A stretch of 63,998 nucleotides of DNA, the filler included, from Porpidia crustulata (Eukaryota): assembly GCA_964255105.1 (NCBI GenBank). It is 6 parts of 6 records of this genome, joined end to end, with 100 filler letters (N's around TTAATTAATTAA, not from the genome) between each part and the next. Parts side by side here need not be neighbours in the genome. Positions count along the whole stretch, not along the records: positions 43,188 to 53,861 come from CAXUWE010000739.1; positions 53,962 to 63,998 come from CAXUWE010000848.1; 4 more parts are not named here. One strand, given 5' to 3'. Position numbers and translations under genes: made by a program. Shown here piece by piece: positions 49,637-61,100 of this stretch. A model generated the notes under the pieces. That model saw nothing but the letters and a program-made list of their open reading frames with translations. It did no database searches and was not told the origin of the DNA. Positions within the stretch are counted from its first letter, which is position 1. Every line of letters begins with the position of its first letter.

Positions 49637-51506
49637 TGAAGCAGAGACCATGATTCGAGTGGAAGGAAAATATTTAAAAGGGTAAAAATAGTGTTGTCAA
49701 GATGTGTTAAGTAATCAGAGACAGCAACAGAGGTATAGACCGTGGGATGCAGAGACAGCAGGGAACAGGATTAACAGGAGCAGTAGAACCAGTAAGAGTC
49801 GTGAAAGTTCTCGTCACACAGCCGCTGGAATTACAGTCTACCACGGCCCAATTCTCGTGGAATTCGCACCAGGCCATCTAGGCGGATGGTCCTTACAGAA
49901 AAAAAAGGCTTTGCGAGTCTAAATAATGTTTTGATTCCGAGGATTCCAAGGATTTCAAGGGTTTAGCACCTGCAGGATAATCGCTCGGTGCTGGTCCGAG
50001 ATGGAAGTAGGATTCATGGAATCAGAAGGCGCTCGTCGTAAATGCTTCGCTTCATGCGCACTTCTACTCGACGACCCTGATATTAAAGATAACTAGAACA
50101 ATTCGTCGAGATCGCTGCCGAAAAGTCCGCAGACTTGGGGGTTTGGAGACTCCGAGTACTAGAGACTCGAGCAGTTGATTGACTTCGATGGAGCATGTAC
50201 GCTTCGGTTTCAAACGTCCGTTCGGTATGCAAAGGAGCCATGCATCTCGAAGACTGCCATTGGAGAATCATGCAGATTCTCGATATCAGCAGCAAGCACA
50301 AGCCTTGCAGGGTCGATCGACTGTTCTCGATACGTGATCTTGGAGTTTTCATCGTTCCTTTCCTTCTTTCTACTCCAGCCTACTTTTGCTTACAATCACA
50401 GAGCCGACGAATGCATAGAAGAAATAGCTACTAAATTCAGATCCATATACTGAAGTCAATACTTGACAGTTTATTGTTCATGAGTCAAGTGACAAACTGA
50501 AACATAACCAGCAGAGCAGGAGTAAATTGATTGAAATTTTGTCCCGCCATCTAAAGATACAGCCCAGATCGCGCTATAGAATCCCGAGATAGCCCCCTAG
50601 AAGATCAAGTACAAGAAACAAACATCGACCGTATCGCTTGCGATCGTACGCCACTACCGACGAATCAGAGTCGTCGCCGTGTCCCTCCTCGCTATCTAGA
50701 AACGTATGGGTTTATTGCGTATCAGACAACGATTCTAAACCCCAACTGCCATGATAATAGCAGTGATGAAGGATGCTATGAACAACCATGGTTTGAGTAC
50801 ATTTATTTCTAGGCCCCATATTCTCCGCTTCCAGATTAAATTAGTTGACACCCTCCTGTTTGGTGCGTCGTCTTCCAGCGCACGTTTGAGTGACTATTCG
50901 CTGACGAATTTCCGAAACGCGGGTTTTGAAGACGGGTGCTTGATGGCTGCAAAACCAACAGTGTTGTTTGACTGCCTATTGACTCTTCAAGCCCGAATAT
51001 GTCTCTTGTTCATTGGATGTTTGTTCGTAAGAGCGAAAGCCCTTTTAATACTTTTTATGCGATGGAGTATCATGTCGCCATATACCTGCATTCCAAAATG
51101 ATAATGCGCTTTGGGTTTTATATTCGTACCTAGAATACTTATTATGTCTAAGACGGCAGCTATTGCAACTAGTCTGACTTGAATGCCGGCGATGTTCGTC
51201 TTTCAAAATGTACCTCACAAGCTAGCATCAAAGTCGTTATTAGACCTTGCGTCGTATGCTCAGAGTAACGCATCTGACTAAATGAGACCTTTTTCACGTC
51301 GCTAGAGCTTCCTGAGGGATATTTGATTTTTGAGTTTTGTGCTGCATTTGATATAAGGTACGAAAAATCTTGACGAGAATGCGTTAAATAAAAGGTAAAC
51401 ATCCAGCCAGCTGATGATGTACCAGGGATTGAAACCGTGGCATGCCTGCCCCTTCTATATTTCTCCCAAGTATAACCCTGAAATATTCCATACCATGAAA
51501 ATCAAC

Positions 51507-53734
51507 CTACGGATTCCAATTATCTATCTTCATCGTCCCCCTATCATTGAACTCCTTGTGCATTTTGACTACATTTCCCATTGTCAGCCGTCATTCCATT
51601 CCTAATGAACGCATGGTTCTCTCACAGGCTTGCCACAAGAGATGTGGTTCGTGCCCCCACCCCTTGCGGAGGCACTCGTATTCCGCTCGCTCAAAGTAGT
51701 CCAACAGAATGGGTTTGTAATCCGGGTGCGCGCATTTGTTGATGATCACTCGAGCTCGTTCGCGTGGGGAGAGACCGCGGACATCGGCTAGGCCCCTTTG
51801 ATACGTCAGTGGGAGAAAAGCGTTGCCCATGGGAGTAAATATCGCATACTGCTCCGTGACGATGACATCTAGGTCATGCTCGGTTTGGTCAACGTGGGCG
51901 CACATGGGCACAATACAGGAGACTCCGGTGGGATCGGTCTTTGAGGGTCTGGTTGATGGGGTGTGCATGATGCTTATTTTGGCACTGCGCAGGAAGTCCG
52001 CTGAGCCACCGAGGCCGTTGAGCATCCTTGATCCCATGACGCAGGTACTGTTGGCGTGTGCCTGTTTAGAGTCTTCGGTAAGCAGGAGTTTTTAAACCAG
52101 GTACTCTCTCGCAGCTCTACTCACATATATGTCGACTTCCACTGGTGTATTCATGCCAATCACGCCTAGACGGCGGATGATTTCTGGCGAATTGGAGACT
52201 TGTTGCGACCGGAGTAGCAATTTTCCAGCATAGTTCTCCCAACCGTCATAAAAGCGCTTGAATCCATCAGGGGAAAACCGGATGGATGTTGCAGTGGCAA
52301 AGTCCAGGTGGCCGCTGTCGAATAAATCCAGGAAGGAATCTTGGAGAACTTCGGTCCAGACTTTGAGATTGGAAAAGTTATTGCCATGTGCCAGGCCTCC
52401 GATGACAGCATTTGCAATGTTTCCTATACCGGATTGCAGGGGAAGAAGATTTGTAGGGAGTCGGCCTTGTGTGACTTCGTGCTTGAGGAACTCGATAAGA
52501 TGGTTTGCGATTGCCCTGCAATATCTGTCAGCAATCACGAGCAGCTCGAGGCTTGAGACATTGTGCAAGGATCTTGGACAAATGGAACAGCGGATTGCGT
52601 CGTTTAGATCTTGGTCATGATTATCGGTGGATGGTACGGGGGCAACGTAAGTTATCAAGACCGCTACATGCGTTCATCGACGGAAAAAGAGCAAAGACCG
52701 ACCGTGAGCAGTACAGAAGTTCATACATCTCGAAGATCGGGCGCTGATAACATTGCATAGAAAATTTTGGGGATAGATCACTAACCTGGAGGTATCGTCT
52801 TCCGGTGCATTTGGTGCGGTTTGATCAGGGTAATCGCTTTCGACAACGGCAACCACTTTCTCAGGGTCGATTGGAATATGAGGTGTACCAATCCTATCTT
52901 CTGGTGCCATGATCAGGTAAGGCTTGCGTCGTGGAGGCAAATCAGTCATGGTGATATCATGAAGACCTTCGAAAGAAGCTATGCAATACAATTATCAGCA
53001 GTTTTAGAAGTGATGAAGGGGGCAATCTATCTACGCATTGCAGTATTAACTTCTATAATAACCTATTTGAGATTCAGTACGCGTCAACTTGCGGGTCTGG
53101 GACCGCACCTTATCGGCCATCTGTATCAACTCTGGAGAAGCTCCGACAGATGCTCCAGGTATAATCCCGCCTTCTTCGGTGATTGCAGAAGCTTCCACGA
53201 TAACGACATCCAGTTTTTTGTTGGGCTTGTCCTTGGTGTAGAAGCCCTGCTGGGTTCAGAGCCAGCAAGCTGAATAGATCTAGGAACCCACATAGACCAA
53301 ATCTACAGGAAACATAGAAAGGTGCTTATCGAAAAAATTGATCCTTCCCTCATTGATACCCCTCGCAATTTCCTTACCAACTTGATGGGGACTACGACGT
53401 TCTATCATGTCGAGTCTTGCCCATCTATTTTCAGTTTCTGCTCCGGATGAAGCTCCTACGAAAAGAGAATACTTCAATTTCCCTTGAAGATTGTTCCTCT
53501 CAACATGATCCGCCAAAGCAGTCGGAACCTTTCTGTAAGGTATCCATAAGCCAATATGGGCTTCCAAAGGCTTCTGAGCGCCTACTTTGGATAGCCAACA
53601 CCAGTGAAGCCTGACCATCCAACGTATGCCCCGTTTGGAAACAACTCGATGAGATCAGAGGTTTTTGCTAATTTGTTCAGCATTGAGGGCCGCCGAACGC
53701 GGCTTTTCAGTAGTGCTGAAGCTGAAGTTGCCAT
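51507..53734 (-). CDS. ACH1: Acetyl-CoA hydrolase / CoA-transferase
   Basis: [69 protein letters not shown]; about eight introns. Confidence 0.96.
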
Positions 53735-53861
53735 AGTCAATGCTAGAAATTAGAGATCATGCAGTTGAGGGGATTTCGTGAACGTCTGCACGTCGACGAA
53801 GCTGTTTATCATTCTGTGAGTAATGTAGCTATGATAGTGGGGTGGGCGGAATGAGCGGAAT

Positions 53862-53961
53862 NNNNNNNNNNNNNNNNNNNNNNNNNNNNNNNNNNNNNNN
53901 NNNNNTTAATTAATTAANNNNNNNNNNNNNNNNNNNNNNNNNNNNNNNNNNNNNNNNNNNN
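53862..53961. other. Artificial contig linker
   Basis: N44-TTAATTAATTAA-N44. Confidence 0.99.
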
Positions 53962-53980
53962 CTTTATTTCCATTGGCCCC

Positions 53981-56086
53981 TCAAATATCCAAACTCGGCG
54001 TCTGCCCGGCCACCCTTCCGATAACGATCCCGGCCGCGTACTTTGGAATCACCTCGTCATCATGCAGCATCTAAAATTCCTCGGATGCGTCCTTGCCCAT
54101 ATGGCTGAACAACGCCTGCGGCCCGCCGGGGTGCTCATCAAGCCAATTGGTCACGTCGAGCACGCACCCCTTGACCACGATCCAGAGGTCGTCCTTTTTG
54201 TTGTGCTTGGCCACCTCGTCCATCGAGTACTCCGTCTCGGGAACCTTGAAGTCAACAGGGTCGGTGGGTTTAGTCACTTTCCCCGGGTCAGCACTGTCAG
54301 CCGCGGCACCTTTCATGACGGGCGCCGCCGACTTTTGCGATTGCTGGGATTGCTTGGAGTCGCCGGCCGAGGCGGTTTCGCCGTTGCTCCATTCGACGGA
54401 AATCTTGCCCGGGGTCGCTGGATCAATGTGCAGGGAGATTTGACCTAAACGCTGGGCGGCGCTCGAGACCCCGCCGTTGAGGACTTTCTGGAAGAGGTAG
54501 GTCGATGCGCTCTCACCAGCCACGCGGCCGTAGACAACGCAACCAAGAAGGGATGAACCGCCGAGACGGTTTGCGCCGTGAACACCTCCGGCAAGCTCAC
54601 CGCAAGCGTAGAGGCCATCGAATGGAGTGCCATCAGCGGTCAGAACTTGGGCCTTGTCGTTGATCTCAATGCCGCCCATCGTGAAGTGGAGAACTGGTTC
54701 CATGACGGCAACATGGAAGGTGTCGGAGATGTCGAAGGGGAGGTTGTGGAAGTATTTCTTGCCGTATGGATCCTTCTTCTTACCATCGGCAATGGCATTG
54801 TAGTCTTGGAAAGTCGATTGCAGAGTAGATTCTGAGCAGCCGATTTCCTTTGCTAGGTCCTTGCCGCTCATTTTCTTCATCAGGCCACGGCCTGAATAGT
54901 GACGGGTGTGAAAGTCGAGGACATTGGAGGCTTTGGAATTGAGGACCAAGCGGACAGGCCACCTCTTTGCTTCCTTCTCTTTCCACATTTCTCCAGACAC
55001 ATAGTCACGGTGGCCGAGCTCATCTGCGAATCGCTTACCCTCGCCGTTCAGTAGGAGACCGCCCTCGCCACGAAGTGCTAATTCAGGTCAGCAAATATGG
55101 TCCTCTCGGCAAATCGGAAATTTTCATACCCTCAGCGGCCAAGAACTTCCACTTCGAATCAGGGTCCTTAGGATCCACCAACCCAGTCGGGTGCACCTGA
55201 ACTTTATCAAGGTCAATACCTTGGCCACCGATTGCCATGAGCATTTTCAGCCCATCACCAGTGGCATGTGTTCCATTTGTGCTTGCCAGGTCATAGGTAT
55301 CCGGCCTGTGCTTCTTCAGTAGCGAGGTCTCGGAGAAATCCGCAGCATAGCCTCCTGTGGCCAACACTACAACACCGTCTACCGAGCAAGATTCGCCGCC
55401 AAATTCATATGTGACTCCTGTTACTTTATTGTCTTCTTCGTTAACTGCGGTGACACGGGCTTTTTTGATGATTTGAACACGTTCAGGATCACTCTCAACC
55501 AGCTCTTCCAATCGCTGCATTAGAGCATAGGTTATAGCCATGCCGGGGAATTTGGCATCATGTCCACGGTGTGTTCTTGGCTGCGAGTGGCCACTGTACC
55601 TCGTTAGTAGGCTATAATGAGAAGTGAGTCAACGAGTGCTTACCCAAGCCGAGAGACAAGTGTAAGGTCAAGGTTGAAGACATCCTGAAGCCATTCTACG
55701 GCCGCAGCGGATTTGTATGTAAGGACCTTGATCAAGTCTGGACGAGCTTTGTCTCTTGCTGACTTCAATGTGTCATCGTAGAATTGTTTGACGCTGTCAC
55801 CAATCTTCTCATCCACCTGCGTTCTTGTGAGAGCACCATTGATCCCAGATGTGGCCTTGGTGGAATTTCCTCCAAAGAAGTCTGGAGGCTTCCATCAGTC
55901 CATCATTCTGCTCCGACAATGCGAGTAACATACTGTTCTTGTCAAGGAGAAGTACGTTACCACCAGCCAGGTAGATTGTATGAGCGGCACTCAAACCAGA
56001 CACTATGTACTAGTCAACTTCGGGTCACCGGCTGGGCCTGGAGGGACTTTACAGCCTCCGCCAACGACAATGACTCTTGGTGCCAT
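53981..56086 (-). CDS. OSM1: Soluble fumarate reductase (Osm1/Frd1-type) fused to a C-terminal cytochrome b5 domain; in-frame TAG at 54071-54073
   Basis: VIVVGGGLSGL, GGNSTKATSGING, VQVHPTG, HFTMGG, GVHGANRLGGSSL; b5 motif EHPGG; homologous reading continues past the TAG to TGA at 53981. Confidence 0.92.
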
Positions 56087-56762
56087 GATGTGAGAGGGAT
56101 GTGGAGGATCAGAGTGAAAGGAGTGTGATCAATTCTGGAAAGGATGGTTGGAGAAGAGAGTTAAAGAAGGTAGGCATATGAAGAGTTATAGAACAAGCGG
56201 CATGACCCCAGATTTGTCGCCGGTCGGTGTTTGCAAGTGAGTCCCCAAGAATTGCCGAGGCTCCGCAAAGTGGCCGTAAGCGGAAAAGTCAGGCCGTTTT
56301 GGATACTGTCATCTAGACAAGCATGTGAGACCTTCGAGACAAAATGATAGAATCTACGGCGCTCCAATACCCATCATCTGAAGTCCTAGATGGCTCTTAG
56401 TATTGAACAGTACAGAGTACCCAAACCCCAGCCCTGGCATGTGAAAAGGCCGCCTCACCGGCACACCCCCGCCAACCCCACTGGTCACCTTACCCCAGGC
56501 TTTCACCATCATCTGATCAATGCGGAGAGAGTATTGCGTACCGTACTAGATGCTTGTAGTTCTTCATCGACTCGAATTAACTCTTACCCACCTAGGTATT
56601 TCGACGATGCTGTGGACGAACTAATTTCATTGTATCAGTTACGCGAATCCATTTTCACTATATACACTCCGCTGTGGTATTACTATATAGTACAGTAGCC
56701 TCGTCGCGGCAACGACGTTGTCACTCTGACACTCAACGATTCTTTTAAGATTCATCCACATT

Positions 56763-57468
56763 ATGAGACCTATTACTTTGGTATCTGCACTCACTCTTAG
56801 CGCTCACTTGCCAAATGCTTTCTCACAGCTTGTCTTGCGAAACCTTTTCGACAGACGGTCTGATTCTGTAAAGCCCGCTCATCGCCAAGAACCCATCATG
56901 AATGGCCCAAACATCGTCCTTCCTCCCACGAACGATGGGGATCGCCCTTCTGGTGACGTGAGTGATGTAATGATATCAGATGTCATTGGCAAGGAGCGCG
57001 GTATAAACATTTTCGCCGGCTTCACCAGGGATATTGATAGCATCTCCAAGCGCTTGGATGATAAGGCGCAGAACACAACAGTCCTTGCGCCATTAAACTC
57101 GGAGATCCAGAAACTACCAAGGAAACCGTGGGAAGATACAAAGGACTACAAGGAATTAGGAGGAAACGCTTATGATGGCAAGGACGGTGAAGACAGGGCT
57201 CACCGGAATCTAAGAAGATTTGTTGAGGCCCACATTATACCCGCGAGCCCATGGAAGGAGGGAGAGAAAGTTGATTCGCTAGGGGGCGGCAAGGTCTGGT
57301 GGGAGAGGAAAGGAGAGAAGAAATCGGTACCTACATGTCCCATTCAGCGCTGAATCGTCACTAACCAACGTGCAGATACAGCCCGGAAACATCGAAGTCT
57401 CCAGCATTGCAAACCGGGTAAGCAATGGAGAAATATGGATCACAAGAGGAGCCTTGAACTATCAGTAG
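56763..57468 (+). CDS. Secreted FAS1 (fasciclin) domain protein, YDR262W-like
   Basis: Signal peptide; INIFAGFTRD, TTVLAPLNS, LPRKPWE, NLRRFVEAHIIP, VSNGEIW; one intron ending 57375. Confidence 0.88.
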
Positions 57469-58137
57469 GAGCGCTTCTTGAGTCATTCACCAAGTCATAA
57501 CGAGTCACGATTGGAAGCATCGGAGTTGGGCTGAAGGAGGTCCTGGCACGTCTACATGTTGTAGTTGGCATTGTTCAGATTAGCGATGTTAATACCAAAT
57601 ATCCAACAATAGGATTCAATAACGGCTTCGCGTGTGGTATCTATAGGATACAATACTTTGTAGAGCACTCTTGTACCGAACTATAATCGAGGTTCACTAC
57701 AAACACGTGACACCATGCAGTAAATTCTCGGATTTAGTATTGTCCCGATTAGGACTACTCTCGTGTGTGACGTCCTAAGCTTACCTAAGGTATTATTCAG
57801 GTTCCTGCCTCTAAGTCCGGACACACAACCTGACCTAGCTGTCCATGATTGACACACTTTCTTGTCCTGTTCTTCAACACATCACCTAGAAGATTCTTCA
57901 GCTTTCATGAAGTTTGGCTACTACGCCAGGGGAAGCAAAAATCTTTCTCGCCCGAGCGGCTTTATGACGGAAGCGCAACAGCGCGCAACAGGCCTCCTGA
58001 TCCACAGGAGATTTACCTAGCATGTAAGCTTCTAAGTCGCTTTTATACCTATCAGTGGAGATTTTACTCTTTATAAGCTTTTATGCTGACCATGCGCCGC
58101 CTTCTAGACTGACTGCGCCTTTCGAAGGCTTTTTAGT

Positions 58138-61100
58138 ATGAATTCACAGAGTGGAAATAGCTGGCCACCGTCGACTGGTTCAAGCGGACCTCTTCCTAAC
58201 AGTGAGCACCACAACTCAGCGCAGGCGCAGCCGCAGCCGCAGCCTCTCGGAAATTTTGGGTAAGCCTATAATCTTCTGCTTCCTCGTTAGTGCTCTGGAT
58301 AGTTGAAGATGTGTCTGTCCGAGATGTCGCTAGGCCACCTCTTACACATTTGTTGTCCTAGACTGATCTGTTGTGGATAGACCGAATCATACAATACACC
58401 AAGGCCCGCCTGCTCAGATGGGAGGTCCAGTAGTGCTCCCTCAATCAGGTACGTCTGCGACGATGGTTAGCATTAGGGTGCTTAAGAACACACTGACGCC
58501 ATTCCATTTAGGACCATTCTACCCCCACCAACCTAATGGGCATGCGCTCCCTATTCCTGCGAGATTAGCTCGAGCGTCCCCTGTACAGCCCAGCCACGGC
58601 CAGACGTCTTCACAGCAGCAACAGTCGCCTCCAGGTATGCAACACCATCAATTGCAGGGTCCTAATTATGCGCTGCCAGCTCTGGGACCAGCAGTTCAAC
58701 ATCATCAACAGTCGCCTCTGGTGACAATGAACAACGAGCGGGAGCGGGAACGGGAACGAGATCGAGATCGAGATCGAGAGTCAGATATGCTAGCGAATGA
58801 GGTGCTCAGTTCCCTCGAGCTTCGGCGACAACAAGAACGCGATCAGCATCAGTCAACCCATGAGACCCACACGGGCCATGTTCCGCTCTCGCAGCGACAG
58901 TCGGATATGCTAGCGAATGAGGTGCTCCGTTCCCTTGCGCTTCGACGACAACAAGAACGTGATCAGCATCAGTCAACCCATGAGACCCACACAGGCTCTA
59001 TTCCGCTCCAGCAGCCAGTGGCTTCCAGAGTCCCGGCAACATTACATGGGCCAAATGGTATCCTCTCTAATCTCGGTGCCGGTGCCGGACCCAATCCACC
59101 TTCCGCACCTCTGGGTGCGCCAAGTGGCCCCGGGAATGTCTTCGCGAACGGCATGCTATCAGTAGATGACAGTCCTCCAAGGGCGTTCCTACAACAAACA
59201 CAGCAGAACTTGCCCCCGCAACAGCTCCTAGGATTCAGTAACACAGCAACCCCACAGCAGCTCCCAAATGGAATGGCTACACTTTCCCAGGGGCAACAGC
59301 CCATTCTGAATGTCAGTACTCCTTGCCTGGATTTTCTATTTCATGCAAAACCCCTGGTCATGCATCCACTTGAAACACAACTGTCTCGCAATGATTCATC
59401 TTTAAGGTGGTCCTGGATTTTGACGTGAGCAATCGTCGTGACTAACCATAAAATTCATTAGGATGCTTTGAGCTATCTCGACCAGGTCAAAGTCCGTTTC
59501 GTCGACCAAGCCGAGGTATACAATCAGTTTCTGGATATTATGAAAGATTTCAAGAGCCAAGCGTACGCATCCTGACTAAAATTGGAGAATATGTGGCTAA
59601 CCTGATGCCGTAGTATTGACACCCCGGGTGTGATCGACCGAGTTTCGAGCCTCTTCACAGGTCATCCCGAACTGATTCAAGGTTTTAACACATTTCTTCC
59701 TCGTGGATACCGTATTGAATGTGGTACGCGAGATGATCCGAACGCTATTCGAGTAACAACTCCCATGGGAACGACCGTGTCTCAGATGCCGTCGGCCAAT
59801 AACCGTATCATTGGAGGGCAGAGGGGTCCTAATGGTGTCCATGTCTCAGAAAATATGGGAAGCTCTACGCGACAAGGTCTCTATGGCGATGGCCCTTCGA
59901 ACGGTGATTGGCAAGGTCAACAGCAAGACCATGTCGAGAACGCACACGAGAATCCGTTTAGCTCCGGCCGGCGATTAGGAGACATTCCAATATATGGAGG
60001 CCAATCGAACGTTACACATGGCAACAGCATACCATATGATCGGGAAGACCAAATTGTCGACGCCGAAGCTGCAGCTATTGCACACCAGGAAGAACAGCGT
60101 GGAGTCTCACACTTATCGAATGCAGTCACGGTCGTCACAACCAACGGCGTCCAAAATAGGCAGTCACAGATTCAAGCAGCTCCCAACGGACACCGTGGAA
60201 ATTCGCTAGGTTCAGCGGTTATGGGAGTGCAAGCTGCTGGGTTGTCACTCGCGCCAGGGGTTCAGCTCGCAGCGGAGAAAAGAGGGCCCGTTGAATTCAA
60301 TCATGCCATCGGCTATGTTAACAAGATTAAGGTAAGAGCGATCAAGACGTGGAAAAGGAACCTGATTTTGACATGAACCCCAGAATCGCTTTGCGCAACA
60401 GCCAGAGATATACAAGCAATTTTTAGAAATTTTGCAAACGTATCAGCGGGAGTCCAAACCCATTCAAGATGTTTATGCTCAAGTCACACAGCTCTTCAGT
60501 TCTGCGCCCGACCTACTAGAAGACTTCAAACAGTTTCTGCCAGAATCTGCAGCGCAAGCGAAAGCCCAAGCTGCTGCCAGACAAGCGACTGAAGATGCGG
60601 CAATGCTAAGTAATGTCCGCGGCGAAGATGGCTTCAATTCTGTGCCGGTACGACATGCACATGAGAATCAGATGCAACCAAGCCAAGTGCAAACTCCAAG
60701 ACCGGAGATGAAGATGCCACCGGTAGGCAATTTTGCACCTCCACCTAGTGTGGGAAAAGAAAACAAAAAACGTCGAGGCGGAGCAGGATCGCAGATCACT
60801 GGCGGTGCGGCAGCTCTCGACCAAACTTCCGTCCACTTGAGTCAGAATAGCAGGAACGGGAACGTTCGAGGCGGAAATGCAAGCAAGGTGAGTGTTGATC
60901 TGCAGACTTCGTCCCTCGATGATGAGAGGTTGACATCACAAACCAATTTTCTCAACTTTGTATATTGAACTTCTTATTCTACTTCAGTAGTCATCATACT
61001 ATGTCCTCAATACATTCATTCACCCGATACTTTCAGTCGTCCAGTGCTTCCGCCATGTTCTTTACGTTACGCTTATACATTTCATACCTTCCCTTCGATC

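Noticed and set aside
49700..51450. Gene or pseudogene between the wall-protein gene and ACH1
   Set aside because: Short ORFs only, with no recognisable homology or consistent splice pattern.
51507..56086. ACH1-OSM1 succinate/acetate fermentation cluster
   Set aside because: The adjacency spans the linker at 53862-53961 and is an artefact of length sorting.
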